Positions 28,040-37,694 of a DNA stretch of 55,965 bases are shown here, in pieces. A program made the translations under genes and the position numbers. Source of the DNA: a virus (lineage: Duplodnaviria > Caudoviricetes). The notes beneath the pieces are model-generated. The model did not search any database. It was not told where the DNA came from and saw only the letters and a program-made list of their open reading frames with translations. The stretch covers positions 1 through 55,965 of the IMG/VR virus record IMGVR_UViG_3300033149_001514; one strand, given 5' to 3'. Each line of letters begins with the position of its first letter. Position 1 is the stretch's first letter.

Positions 28040-28629
28040 GTATTGCTTCCTATCGGCTGGGAATAAGAACAGCAGTTCGCGGGCTTTGGAAAGGATGGAT
28101 GGAATATGACCAAGCCTATGAACAGATGTATTTGACAATAGATATGGGTCTGCGGAACGCATGGTACGAGGGAATGCGTGAGGCCGGACTAGTGCCAGCG
28201 GATATGACCACCAAGGAAGAAATAGCCTTGAAGCGAGAGGTTGTAAAAAATCAGGGATATATTGACGGATTTCTTTCGGCGTGTGAAGAATACAGCCAAG
28301 CGAATGGGTATAAATTATCCCCATTATTTGCTAGGGCTGAAGTTTGGGTGAACAGGTATTTAGAGGTAAGGAATATCGCTCTGACAATGGCAATCAATGA
28401 CCCAAAGTTAGAATGGGTTATGGGTGTAAGGATAGAGCATTGTATTGATTGTATAAGGTTAGACGGGAAGGTAAAGCGGGCATCGGTATGGGAAGCGAAT
28501 GATGTTAGACCACAACACCCCGATTTAGAATGTGGGGGTTGGAAATGCGGTTGCGAATTCATGCCTACCGACAAGCCATGCACGCCGGGCACAATTCACA
28601 CGCTTACGGGAAGGAAGGTTCTTGTATGA
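28036..28629 (+). CDS. Head morphogenesis protein (MuF/SPP1 gp7-like)
   Basis: Follows portal; HCIDC...CGGWKCGC. Confidence 0.7.
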   Translation: MSIASYRLGIRTAVRGLWKGWMEYDQAYEQMYLTIDMGLRNAWYEGMREAGLVPADMTTKEEIALKREVVKNQGYIDGFLSACEEYSQANGYKLSPLFARAEVWVNRYLEVRNIALTMAINDPKLEWVMGVRIEHCIDCIRLDGKVKRASVWEANDVRPQHPDLECGGWKCGCEFMPTDKPCTPGTIHTLTGRKVLV

Positions 28630-28832
28630 CAGAGATAACTCAAGCTCAAAAAGACATGATGCGTTTTATGCAAGTTCAAGCGGAGAACGAAGAACGGAAA
28701 CGGGCTATGCTGTTGTCATGGGTAGATGAGATTGAAAGACTCATGGGCTACGGCGAAGATGGCAAGCCACCCCGAACTTCACAGATAAGAAGGTATTGGA
28801 GAGAGAATGGCGAGCCAGTTATCAAGGATTGA
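28626..28832 (+). CDS. Hypothetical protein
   Basis: ATGA coupling to upstream gene. Confidence 0.55.
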   Translation: MTEITQAQKDMMRFMQVQAENEERKRAMLLSWVDEIERLMGYGEDGKPPRTSQIRRYWRENGEPVIKD

Positions 28833-29115
28833 ACTTCCTAGAATAAAAGGACAGGGATTTAGAATAAACTGGCATGGATGGTGCACAAATTGTGGTGGGT
28901 TCATGTTTCAGGAAGATACAGTTGTAATTTTTGAAGGTTCTAAAGCGGTTATTACCGATATCTTATTTGGCACTCGGTATGGTTTTTTTAAAGATATTTA
29001 CAGATTGACCGAAGATTTGAAATGCGCTTTTTGTGGTAATGAGGTTTCCACTATCATAGGCAAGCGGGGGTACTTCCCAGCCCTCAAATACCCAATAGAT
29101 TTTACTTTGAGTTAG
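28807..29115 (+). CDS. Zinc-ribbon protein
   Basis: CTNC...CAFC. Confidence 0.55.
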   Translation: MASQLSRIELPRIKGQGFRINWHGWCTNCGGFMFQEDTVVIFEGSKAVITDILFGTRYGFFKDIYRLTEDLKCAFCGNEVSTIIGKRGYFPALKYPIDFTLS

Positions 29116-29124
29116 GAGGTACTA

Positions 29125-29844
29125 ATGAGCAGTGACCAGTTATTTGGATTGTCGATTGTAAGGGGGGAAGTGCCGGGCATATCTTCTGTCAATAAGTTTG
29201 GTCTTAACACCAACATTGGCACTAGCGGCCTTGAAGATATTTGGGATGCGGGAGGAACTTATGTTTTTCCCGCTTGGGGCAATGCCGACATTGTAAAAAT
29301 AAGGTCGAGCGTGGACACAGATGTTGAGCAGATTGAAATTCATGGATTAAATGTAAAAGGCACGGCTGTTATTTGTCGTCCGACCTTGCAAGGCACGGCT
29401 TTGGTTACATTGGGCACGGCTTTGTGGCGTTGCAACCTAATGACAAATATTGGAACCGCTAATATAGCCGGGAATGTTCAACTTGTTTCTGCTGGCGGTG
29501 GAACTGCTTACGCTCAAATAACCGCAGGGCATAATCATTCCTTGTCGGCTATTTACACGATTCCTGCAGGAAAGAAAGGGTATCTTACGAACTTTGAAGC
29601 CAGCCTTGACGGGCTTACCTTAGACTATACCGTTTCGGGAAGGTTACAGGCACGCTCATTCGGGGGAGTTTTTAAGACCATGCACACTTTTTCCGTAGAT
29701 GCGGTAGGTGGACAGGAAATTCGCAAGTATTGGAATAGACCGGATGAGTTTGACGCAAAAACAGACATTAAAGTTATGGCAGCCAGTTCATCCGATGATG
29801 GGGAACTACATGCCACATTTGATTTAATTTTAGTAGACAACTAA
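29125..29844 (+). CDS. Gly/Thr/Ser-rich beta-structured protein, probably virion-associated
   Basis: AGGAGG RBS; NKFG.N, AIYTIPAGKKGYL, KTDI; composition. Confidence 0.55.
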   Translation: MSSDQLFGLSIVRGEVPGISSVNKFGLNTNIGTSGLEDIWDAGGTYVFPAWGNADIVKIRSSVDTDVEQIEIHGLNVKGTAVICRPTLQGTALVTLGTALWRCNLMTNIGTANIAGNVQLVSAGGGTAYAQITAGHNHSLSAIYTIPAGKKGYLTNFEASLDGLTLDYTVSGRLQARSFGGVFKTMHTFSVDAVGGQEIRKYWNRPDEFDAKTDIKVMAASSSDDGELHATFDLILVDN

Positions 29845-29862
29845 TATAGGGAGAGTGCGACT

Positions 29863-30459
29863 ATGGCACGAGTAATCCTAGTAATAGGTGTTGGTGCTAG
29901 TGGAACATCAGCCACAGCAGGCATCATTCACAAGCTGGGTATTCCTATGGGGAAGAAAAAGTTTTTAGGAAAGCACCCCGCAGGATTTGATTTATACGAA
30001 GATACCCGTTTCTACGGGCGTTTTCATTCTCAACCGAGTTTTGCAATACCCTACTCTTTACACAGACAAGAGCCTATTTTTGGTATAAAGAATACGGTTA
30101 TGGGGCTTCACTTGGCAGACAAGGTTATACCCACGATATTAAACTATCATGATGAACCACGTATTGTCTTATGTCACAGACAGGCTCTTGGCTCTATGAA
30201 GGCTAGAGCGGAAGGCAGATGTCCGCCCGGCAAAAAGTTTTCAAAGGCAGAAGCTATTCAATGGTGGCTTGAAGCCCAGCGAAAACTTATTGAGCAAATA
30301 CAAAAAATAGACTTTCCAATACTTCATTTGCAGTTCGAAGACCTGTTGGAAAATCCTTTATTACGTACCAAGGATTTAGTTGAATTTTGTTTTTGGGGTA
30401 TGGATAAGCCCGATGATGAAATCGTTGTGAAAGCGTCTCAGCACATAAGGCAGAAATGA
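29863..30459 (+). CDS. Sulfotransferase-like P-loop protein
   Basis: GVGASGTSATAGIIHKLG, YED, GIK, LCHR, LQFEDLL. Confidence 0.65.
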   Translation: MARVILVIGVGASGTSATAGIIHKLGIPMGKKKFLGKHPAGFDLYEDTRFYGRFHSQPSFAIPYSLHRQEPIFGIKNTVMGLHLADKVIPTILNYHDEPRIVLCHRQALGSMKARAEGRCPPGKKFSKAEAIQWWLEAQRKLIEQIQKIDFPILHLQFEDLLENPLLRTKDLVEFCFWGMDKPDDEIVVKASQHIRQK

Positions 30460-31043
30460 ATAAGAAAGGTATCAAGGAAGAAATAAACGCAATAGTAAGA
30501 AAGGATATTGCAAAGGGAACTGGCAAAGTTCCTTTTGGCTGGAACGGAAAAAGGGTTGCCAGAGTTGCGGATATTGCATGTCGAGAACACACAGGAGACA
30601 TTGTTGAAATTGGGGCTTATAAAGGAAGGACAACCGCCGAATTACTGAAAGTGGCTAATAGGTATGACCGCAATGTAATCGTGATAGACCCTTGGAAAAA
30701 GGGAACACAAAATTGCGTAGGCGGGGAATACGAAGAGTTTCTGCACAACACAAGACACTGGCACAATAGGCTTATCGTTCACCGAATGAGGTCTGATGAC
30801 CCACAGCTTAAAAACTGGATACCCGCCATGCGTTTAGCCTTTGCTTTTGTGGACGGGCTTCACACTTTTGAAATGTGCTACCATGACATTATGCTGGTAG
30901 GACAAGCGGGGATAATCTGTGTCGATGATATTAATCGCAAGAAATGGAAGTTGCTGGACGCTCTTGCTAAAGCCGCAATAAATTTAGACCGTTGCGAGGT
31001 GACTAATCTTGCCGTAAACGCAAGGGAAGGCTACATACTCTAG
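30456..31043 (+). CDS. Class I SAM methyltransferase (Methyltransf_24-like)
   Basis: IVEIGAYKGRTT, IDPW, FVDGLH, VDD. Confidence 0.82.
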   Translation: MNKKGIKEEINAIVRKDIAKGTGKVPFGWNGKRVARVADIACREHTGDIVEIGAYKGRTTAELLKVANRYDRNVIVIDPWKKGTQNCVGGEYEEFLHNTRHWHNRLIVHRMRSDDPQLKNWIPAMRLAFAFVDGLHTFEMCYHDIMLVGQAGIICVDDINRKKWKLLDALAKAAINLDRCEVTNLAVNAREGYIL

Positions 31044-31066
31044 TAATTGAGGAAGGGATATATTTT

Positions 31067-31813
31067 ATGATTACTCTAGAACAGGTTACAGACAATGTTT
31101 CTTATGCTGTTCGGAAGAATAAGCCATTTTCGTTAATTCGGATTGGAGATGGAGAGGGGCGCATTCTTATGTTTCCTGATGACATTTCAAGGCACATGCT
31201 AAACCGCCATTTGAGGTTTTGGTTTGGGCGTGTAGACTTCTTGAAATCCGACCTATTGGAAATGCGGGAAAGGCTGTTATTGGCTATTCAGGGTGCGGAT
31301 ATTATCGGGTATTCCCCCAAGCCCAAAAATGAATTTTGGCAGTATGCGACAGCCTATTGCGAAACCTTTGTCCGGTCTCGGTCATGGATAAAGGCAACGA
31401 CAATTAATGTGCACATTAATTTATGGAAGGCAGGGCTATTTGACGGTCTACTGGAACATGCCAAGAAAGTATGCCTTATTACTTGTCGGAAGGAAGTAGC
31501 CGAACCATTTTTCAATAGGTTTGACCCTGACAGCAAATGGGAAGAAAGAACCTTGTGGGAAATCCCTGAAGAATATCACACGAGCGAGAAAGAAAACGAC
31601 CATCCAGAACAGTTTGCGGATTATATAAAACAAATTGAAGCCAACGGGGCTGGTTGGCTATATCTGGTCGGGGCTGGAATATTGGGTAAGTCCTACTGCC
31701 ACCAAGCTAAAATGTCCGGCTCGGTTGCCGTTGATATTGGCTCATTATTTGACGCTTGGGCTGGTGTAAAAAGCCGTTCCTTCATGGAAGACTTTTCCGA
31801 ATACGCTTTGTGA
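31067..31813 (+). CDS. GT-D-fold glycosyltransferase-like protein
   Basis: PFSLIRIGDGE, LVGAGILGK, VDIGSLFD. Confidence 0.7.
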   Translation: MITLEQVTDNVSYAVRKNKPFSLIRIGDGEGRILMFPDDISRHMLNRHLRFWFGRVDFLKSDLLEMRERLLLAIQGADIIGYSPKPKNEFWQYATAYCETFVRSRSWIKATTINVHINLWKAGLFDGLLEHAKKVCLITCRKEVAEPFFNRFDPDSKWEERTLWEIPEEYHTSEKENDHPEQFADYIKQIEANGAGWLYLVGAGILGKSYCHQAKMSGSVAVDIGSLFDAWAGVKSRSFMEDFSEYAL

Positions 31814-31819
31814 CAAATC

Positions 31820-31945
31820 TTGCAAAGAAAAATAATATGTGCTATAAACTCAATAAGCATTCTAGTCCCAATTCAAGGACAATTGAAACAGCCAAGCGAA
31901 ATTGACGCTAGACTCTGCCTTGCGGGTAGGGATTAGCGTTTTTTT
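31820..31945 (+). promoter_or_regulatory. Promoter followed by a leader terminator, upstream of the capsid operon
   Basis: TTGCAA-17-TATAAA with extended TG; hairpin 31904-31940 running into a T tract just before the RBS. Confidence 0.6.
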
Positions 31946-31957
31946 GAGAGGTGAACT

Positions 31958-33148
31958 ATGTCTTATATAACATTCGTTCCTAATATTTTGGAGAGTGCGC
32001 TAAGAAAGAAAGTTAAAGGCAGGGAATATGTTGTCGCACCAGTAGTTTTGCAGACCGAGGGGGTTTATAAAAACGAGTTCGTTCCTTTTGAAGAATTGAA
32101 TAACAATCCTGAAAGCTGGAATGGCAGACCAGTTGTAATCGGTCATCCGATGAACGATGCGGGTATGCCCGTTTCCGCAAACGACCCCGACATATTGGCT
32201 AATTACCAGATTGGACATTTATATAATGTTCGAGCTGAGAACAATAAACTGCGGGGCGAGGTGTGGGTAGATGTAAGCATGGCAGAGGGAATCGAAAGGG
32301 GGAAAGATGTAATTACCATGCTGGAAGAAAATATCGGTATGATGGAAGTATCTACCGCTTATTTTAGGGCTATGGAATTTAAGCCCGGAGTGTACGATGG
32401 AGAATACTACGAAGGTATCTCCCGAGACATAAAGCCCGACCATTTGGCGATTTTGCTTGATGCTGTCGGGGAATGTTCTATCAAGGACGGGTGCGGTTTC
32501 CCGAGAGCCAATAGCAAAAAGGAGGTAGAGCCTATGGAAAAAACCGAGCTTGACGAGGGTATATCCCTTTTCAGGCGTGGATTAGTAATGCTTAGTAAAG
32601 CCTTTAATTCAAAAGGAGTAAGTAAAATGGATGAAAAAATTAAGGCTATCAGAGACAGCGGCTTAGTCGCTTTTTCCGAAGAGGAACTGCAAGGTTTCTG
32701 CGAGGATAAAATTGACAGCCTTCTGGCACTGGTTGAAAAAGCCAAGAAGCCAGCCCCTGAACCAGACCCCGCAACCAACGAGGATGAAGAGGACACCGAG
32801 CCGATTGTCGATGATGACGCTGAACCTGTTTCCTTTAAAGAACAGTTGGATGCCGAGTTTGCCGACTTTGGCGGTTTGGAAGGAGTCAAGAAGGTGCTGT
32901 CCGGTATCAAGGCAAACGAAGCTGAAAAGCGAGACCGTTTGCTTAATAGGTTGCTTGCCAATGAGCTTTGCCCGTTGGATGAAGCCACTCTGAAGAGTTT
33001 GCCCGTAGAAGCTCTTGAATCCCTTGACAAGTCATTCGTGCCCGGCGATTACTCTGCTCAAGGCGGCAATGGTTCTTTACAGGCTCAGAAGAATGATGAT
33101 TACGAGCCTTATGAAGCCCCCAAAATCTTCGAAGAAGAAAAGGAGTAA
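31958..33148 (+). CDS. Prohead protease/scaffold (DUF2213-like)
   Basis: WNGRPVVIGHP, EVSTAY, DHLAIL, GECSIKDGCG; acidic scaffold-like tail. Confidence 0.8.
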   Translation: MSYITFVPNILESALRKKVKGREYVVAPVVLQTEGVYKNEFVPFEELNNNPESWNGRPVVIGHPMNDAGMPVSANDPDILANYQIGHLYNVRAENNKLRGEVWVDVSMAEGIERGKDVITMLEENIGMMEVSTAYFRAMEFKPGVYDGEYYEGISRDIKPDHLAILLDAVGECSIKDGCGFPRANSKKEVEPMEKTELDEGISLFRRGLVMLSKAFNSKGVSKMDEKIKAIRDSGLVAFSEEELQGFCEDKIDSLLALVEKAKKPAPEPDPATNEDEEDTEPIVDDDAEPVSFKEQLDAEFADFGGLEGVKKVLSGIKANEAEKRDRLLNRLLANELCPLDEATLKSLPVEALESLDKSFVPGDYSAQGGNGSLQAQKNDDYEPYEAPKIFEEEKE

Positions 33149-33155
33149 ATAGACT

Positions 33156-33635
33156 ATGGTGTCTTCAACCCCCAAAATTATCGTATTGGAAGCTCACAAT
33201 GGCGCAATCCGGCGTGAAGAAATTTGCGCTGACGAGGTAGTGCCGGGTCAGCTGTTAGAGTACACTTCTGCCGGAAAGGTGGACAAGCACTCCGAAGCAG
33301 ACGGCCCCGCTATTCCTCTCTTTGCCGTTGAAAGCCCAACCCCTAACACAAATACCTATCCCACGACTGACAGCATTGACATTCCTTACACTGCCAACGA
33401 TTCAATTTATATGGTGCAGGGTAAGCCGGGTGATGTCATTTATGCTTGGTTAGCCGATGGCGCAAATGTGAAAAAGGGTCGCAATTTCCTTGGCTCAAAC
33501 GGAACAGGTCATCTGGCCGACCTTGGAACTGGCAATGTAGCAATCGGTACAGCCAACCCCGTTGCCATTGCGTGGGAAACATTGAACAATAGTGCTGGCG
33601 GTACTGCCGTCCGGTGCAAGGTTCTGATTATCTAA
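33156..33635 (+). CDS. Capsid decoration/cement protein
   Basis: Size, position between protease and capsid, VVPGQLL. Confidence 0.6.
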   Translation: MVSSTPKIIVLEAHNGAIRREEICADEVVPGQLLEYTSAGKVDKHSEADGPAIPLFAVESPTPNTNTYPTTDSIDIPYTANDSIYMVQGKPGDVIYAWLADGANVKKGRNFLGSNGTGHLADLGTGNVAIGTANPVAIAWETLNNSAGGTAVRCKVLII

Positions 33636-33648
33636 AGGAGTATAAAAA

Positions 33649-34650
33649 ATGGAAAAACTATTTTTAGATGTTGCTCAGAACCCCGCTGAACTCACTGATT
33701 TTGTGACCAATACTTGGCGACCTGAAGCCTTTGACAAGAAAACTGGCAAGCCAGTAGTCAACGGCATTCTAAAAGCCAATGCCATGATTGGTCGAGACCA
33801 GTGGGAGAACATTGACCAAGCTGTCGTAAAGATGGCTCGCATTCGTATGAATGCTTGGGCTGATGTTGAGTCAAGGGGTCTCGTATCGGGAACGTCACTC
33901 GCCGAGTGGCTTTCTAGCTGGAACGTCAGTTCCGAAATGACAACCGCCGAAGTGAATATGGACTTCGAGACCCAGACTGGTGAAGACCGGACTGACCGCA
34001 AGCGGTACAGTGTGCCAATCCCCATTATCTCCAAGACCTTTTCCTACGGGCGAAGGGAAATCATAACCGCCGAAAGGTTTGGGGCCGATTTGGAGACCAA
34101 TGAAGCGGAGGAAGCAACTGCCGCAGTTGTGGACATGCTGGAAACCATCTTGATTGATGGATATACCAGTGTGAAACTTGAAGGCAACTCAATCCCCGGA
34201 TATCGAACCTTGACCGCAAGGACAACTGGCTCGGCGACTGGTGACTTTGGCACTTTGTCAAATATCCATCCAACCTTCTTAGCCATGATTAAGGCGGCTG
34301 GAAGCAACCGCTATCATGGGCCTTTTGACTTCTACCTGCATACCGACCAGTACACCGAGATGCTGGAAATTTATTCTGACGGCACTGGCGACAGCGCCCT
34401 CGATAGAGTTCTCCGCATCCCGAAAGTCAATAGTGTGAAAATCAACGACAAATGCACCGCTGGCGAATTGATTGGTGTTCAGCTTGAAAGCAATGTCGTA
34501 GATATTCGTCAGGCTATGGCTCTCGAAGTGCGGCGTTGGGAGAACAGGGATGGAAGTCGAGCATGGTTCAAAGTTATGGTCGCAGCCGCTCCGAGGCTGA
34601 AAACGGATTACAACGGCAAGTCCGGGATAATCCACTATACAGGTGCATAA
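33649..34650 (+). CDS. Major capsid protein (HK97 fold, encapsulin/linocin-like family)
   Basis: Position; WENIDQAVV, VPIPIISKTF; AAAGGAG RBS. Confidence 0.82.
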   Translation: MEKLFLDVAQNPAELTDFVTNTWRPEAFDKKTGKPVVNGILKANAMIGRDQWENIDQAVVKMARIRMNAWADVESRGLVSGTSLAEWLSSWNVSSEMTTAEVNMDFETQTGEDRTDRKRYSVPIPIISKTFSYGRREIITAERFGADLETNEAEEATAAVVDMLETILIDGYTSVKLEGNSIPGYRTLTARTTGSATGDFGTLSNIHPTFLAMIKAAGSNRYHGPFDFYLHTDQYTEMLEIYSDGTGDSALDRVLRIPKVNSVKINDKCTAGELIGVQLESNVVDIRQAMALEVRRWENRDGSRAWFKVMVAAAPRLKTDYNGKSGIIHYTGA

Positions 34651-34669
34651 ACTCAAATAGGAGAATGCC

Positions 34670-35065
34670 ATGAAATACAGGGTAAGAATTAAGCCCGGAC
34701 TACATCACGCTGAATTCGTGGGTGGTCAAGAAATCGAAGTCACCGAGCAGGAATTATCTGCATTTGGTGACAAGTTCATCCTCTTGGGAGAAGTTGTATC
34801 AGAACCCGAACCCCCTAGAACGGAAGGGGAGGTGGTCAAAGAGATTGACGAAGATGATTTGCTAGAAACAGATATGGAGAACATTCACATTGAGGATTCG
34901 GCAGAACCCGAATCTAAATTTGACTGGTCGAACTTAGACATATCTAGTTCCGCACTCAAATTCGTTAAGGAAAACGGTCTTGAAGTTGAGGCGTTTATGC
35001 TGTCCGGTAAGGGTTCGGGTCTTGACGGACGTATTCTCGTAAAGGATGTTAAAGGGTTGGTCTAG
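34670..35065 (+). CDS. Acidic protein with C-terminal E3-binding (PSBD)-like domain
   Basis: SSSALKFVKENGL...GKGSGLDGRILVKDV. Confidence 0.6.
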   Translation: MKYRVRIKPGLHHAEFVGGQEIEVTEQELSAFGDKFILLGEVVSEPEPPRTEGEVVKEIDEDDLLETDMENIHIEDSAEPESKFDWSNLDISSSALKFVKENGLEVEAFMLSGKGSGLDGRILVKDVKGLV

Positions 35066-35068
35066 CCA

Positions 35069-35467
35069 ATGGCTAATTTACATGCTAACGCCCTGAATAC
35101 CAACTCGGATATCACCGAGATTTATTCAACCGACCAAGGCTCGGCGGTAATTACCAGCGCCATTAACATGGCATACTTCCGAGCCACAATCCCCCTGTCC
35201 GGCGAATTGGGCGATTGCGGAGGAGCGGATGCTCTTAAAGAAATCGAAAGATTAGTAGCTATTCATGTACTTACTCTCAATGAACCCGAGACAAAACGGG
35301 AAACCGTTGGGGATGCAGTTTCTGTCACCTTTAGAGGGGATGATGGCATGGGTCTATTGTCCTCTCGTTGGGGGCAGATGGCGGTTGATATGGATTGCTC
35401 TGGCAGGCTGGCAACAGCCGGTAAAGCTAGGGTGGATATCGAGGTGTTTTCACAGGATGACTTCTAA
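35069..35467 (+). CDS. Head-tail adaptor
   Basis: Position; LVAIH...SSRWGQMA..MDCSG. Confidence 0.65.
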   Translation: MANLHANALNTNSDITEIYSTDQGSAVITSAINMAYFRATIPLSGELGDCGGADALKEIERLVAIHVLTLNEPETKRETVGDAVSVTFRGDDGMGLLSSRWGQMAVDMDCSGRLATAGKARVDIEVFSQDDF

Positions 35468-35837
35468 ACGGTGGCTGAGAAAACGGCTATATCATACTTG
35501 CACGATTGAGAGAGACAACGGTACTGCTCAATCCAATACCGGAATGGTCGGTACAGCTTGGACTAATGTTGGCTCTGGAATCGTTTGCAGGTATTACGAG
35601 CATAACGAATTTATGCCCGATGAGGATTTGGGTCGTATAACAGTAAAGACCCGACATCTTATTCTTGATGAAGCTCAGGACATAGCAGTTAACGATAGGG
35701 TAAACAACCTTGCTGACGAGAATGGCACAGCCATTGTAACGGGTAACTTCCGTGTAGAGCGTCTTGTAACTCCCCGAGATATTTACGCTAAGAAGTATTA
35801 CCGTATAGCCCTCTTAGAGAAGGTGGAGACCAACTAA
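35457..35837 (+). CDS. Head closure protein
   Basis: Position; HTCTIER; GAGGTG RBS before ATG 35457. Confidence 0.6.
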   Translation: MTSKRWLRKRLYHTCTIERDNGTAQSNTGMVGTAWTNVGSGIVCRYYEHNEFMPDEDLGRITVKTRHLILDEAQDIAVNDRVNNLADENGTAIVTGNFRVERLVTPRDIYAKKYYRIALLEKVETN

Positions 35838-36412
35838 TGTCATTCAAGGTCAAGGCGATTGGATTTGGAGACCTAAATAAGAATCTGCGTAAGATTGTTG
35901 TCTCGGTAAACTCCGAGCAGTCTGGTATAGCCGAAGCCATTGCGCAAGCGGTGGGGGAAACTATCATACCCGTTGCTAGAAGTAACGTATATGACCGTTT
36001 CGACACCAGCGGGAGATTGGCGGACGCCATTCAGGTAAGAAAGGTGAATCAGTGGCAAGTTAATATAGGTGTTTTTGCCCCGCATGGTGCTGTCCATGAG
36101 TTTGGCGGCACATTCGAGGTTACAGATAAGCAACGAGCTTTCTTCTGGCACATGTTTCGCAAAGAAGGTGACGAGAAGTGGAAGGCGTTGGCTTTATCAA
36201 AGACCTATACTATTCCGGCAAGACCTTACCTTATGCCAGCCATTGACCAAGAAATAGGAAACGCTATGTCTGTGACGGCTGACAACCTGTATAAATACTG
36301 GTTAGGGGCGGTTGGGAAAATTCCTGCTATACCTGTATCAGCCATAAGCACTAAGGTGATAAATCCAAAGGGCGGTTTCTGTGGCGGCAGGAAGATGGGA
36401 GATGGTTGCTAA
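35837..36412 (+). CDS. Neck/tail completion protein (HK97 gp10-like)
   Basis: DTSGRL, HEFGG, IPARPYLMPA. Confidence 0.75.
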   Translation: MSFKVKAIGFGDLNKNLRKIVVSVNSEQSGIAEAIAQAVGETIIPVARSNVYDRFDTSGRLADAIQVRKVNQWQVNIGVFAPHGAVHEFGGTFEVTDKQRAFFWHMFRKEGDEKWKALALSKTYTIPARPYLMPAIDQEIGNAMSVTADNLYKYWLGAVGKIPAIPVSAISTKVINPKGGFCGGRKMGDGC

Positions 36413-36798
36413 TGAGTTTGGGTTCTTCAATCTTTGCTAGGGCGACTGTAAGCCATGCTGGTCTAAAAGCCATAATTGGCACTCGTTGCTATCCCAAGCA
36501 AGCCCCCAAGGACGTGAAGTTGCCTTACATGACCTATGAGGTAATAAGCTCCCCTCTAAATAACTACACTGACCATGACGGTTGCTCCCGATGGGTTTAC
36601 AGGGTTCAACTGAATGGGTTTGGGAAAAACAGGGATGAAGCCAGCCAAGTAGGCGACCAGATGTTCGATGCCTTTCACGGTTGGAATAATGGAACTGCCG
36701 TTGGCTATTCCTTTGTTTACAACCGCTTTGAAGCAGACGAATTGCAACTCAACCTTCATCAGGAAATAGTAGCTATTGTAGTAGACCACATAATCTAG
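36406..36798 (+). CDS. Tail terminator (DUF3168-like)
   Basis: RCYPKQAP...LPYMTY...RVQLN. Confidence 0.75.
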   Translation: MLMSLGSSIFARATVSHAGLKAIIGTRCYPKQAPKDVKLPYMTYEVISSPLNNYTDHDGCSRWVYRVQLNGFGKNRDEASQVGDQMFDAFHGWNNGTAVGYSFVYNRFEADELQLNLHQEIVAIVVDHII

Positions 36799-36806
36799 GA
36801 GAAAAC

Positions 36807-37661
36807 ATGACCCGAAAAACAGAAGCTCAATTACTCGCGGCATGGCATGAGCAAGACCCCTATGATAATTTTGTAGACATGCTGGACTCAATCCCTCGGA
36901 TTGCGGATGAAGGCACGGGCTACGCTTTATGGGTCAGCAAGTCCGGCAACAATACTTCCGGTCTAGGCTCACGCACAATGCCTTATCTAACCATAACTAA
37001 AGCCCTTTCCGAAGTGAGTGCCGACAAAAAACTGGTTGTCGTTGAGCAAGGCACTTATAAGGAAGCAGTAACATGGCCTACCCGAAGCGGTGTCGTTGTG
37101 GTTGGTCTTGGTCGAGTTATCATTGATGACCCGTCAAGCGGCGGCACAGCAACCTTAAAAGTTGCGCCCGGCGACCCCGGCGGTGCATGGACGGGATATT
37201 GCGAAAATATCATCCTTGACCATAACGGCACTGGACTACACATCAGCAACACTGGTGGCACTTCCACGCTCGCTTTCAAGATGGAGGATTGTGAATTTAT
37301 TGCCACTGGCGGTAATTCAATCCAGACCACGAACAACGGTTCGGCGGCCATTAATTTAGAGGTGTCAGGCGAGATGCACGACATCGGCGGCCCCGTAACC
37401 CTGAAAGGAACATTGGTCGCAGCCGATTCGGTTATCTTCAATCAGATGAAGCTAACGGGTGGCTTGGTGTCCGTTAACACTGATGCAGGGATTGAGATTA
37501 CCTTTAACCATTGTGAAGTCAAGCATGAAGGCGTTTCAGGTGGTCACTCTGGACAGAAAATTAACGCTGTTTTCTGCACCAGCAGGACAGGGGAAACCAT
37601 TGCTCTGCTCGACACCAATGACCTTGCCGGAAGTCATACCGAGAATATAATCGGTTCGTAA
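36807..37661 (+). CDS. Beta-helix (pectin-lyase-like) protein, probably virion-associated
   Basis: WVSKSGNN..GSRTMPYLTITKAL...GTYKE; Gly/Thr/Ser-rich. Confidence 0.6.
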   Translation: MTRKTEAQLLAAWHEQDPYDNFVDMLDSIPRIADEGTGYALWVSKSGNNTSGLGSRTMPYLTITKALSEVSADKKLVVVEQGTYKEAVTWPTRSGVVVVGLGRVIIDDPSSGGTATLKVAPGDPGGAWTGYCENIILDHNGTGLHISNTGGTSTLAFKMEDCEFIATGGNSIQTTNNGSAAINLEVSGEMHDIGGPVTLKGTLVAADSVIFNQMKLTGGLVSVNTDAGIEITFNHCEVKHEGVSGGHSGQKINAVFCTSRTGETIALLDTNDLAGSHTENIIGS

Positions 37662-37694
37662 CCCTAGCATAATGACCTAGCCTTGGAGGGTCAA

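Noticed and set aside
33649-34650. Encapsulin or bacteriocin
   Set aside because: It sits in a canonical protease-decoration-capsid-connector order, so it is the phage capsid
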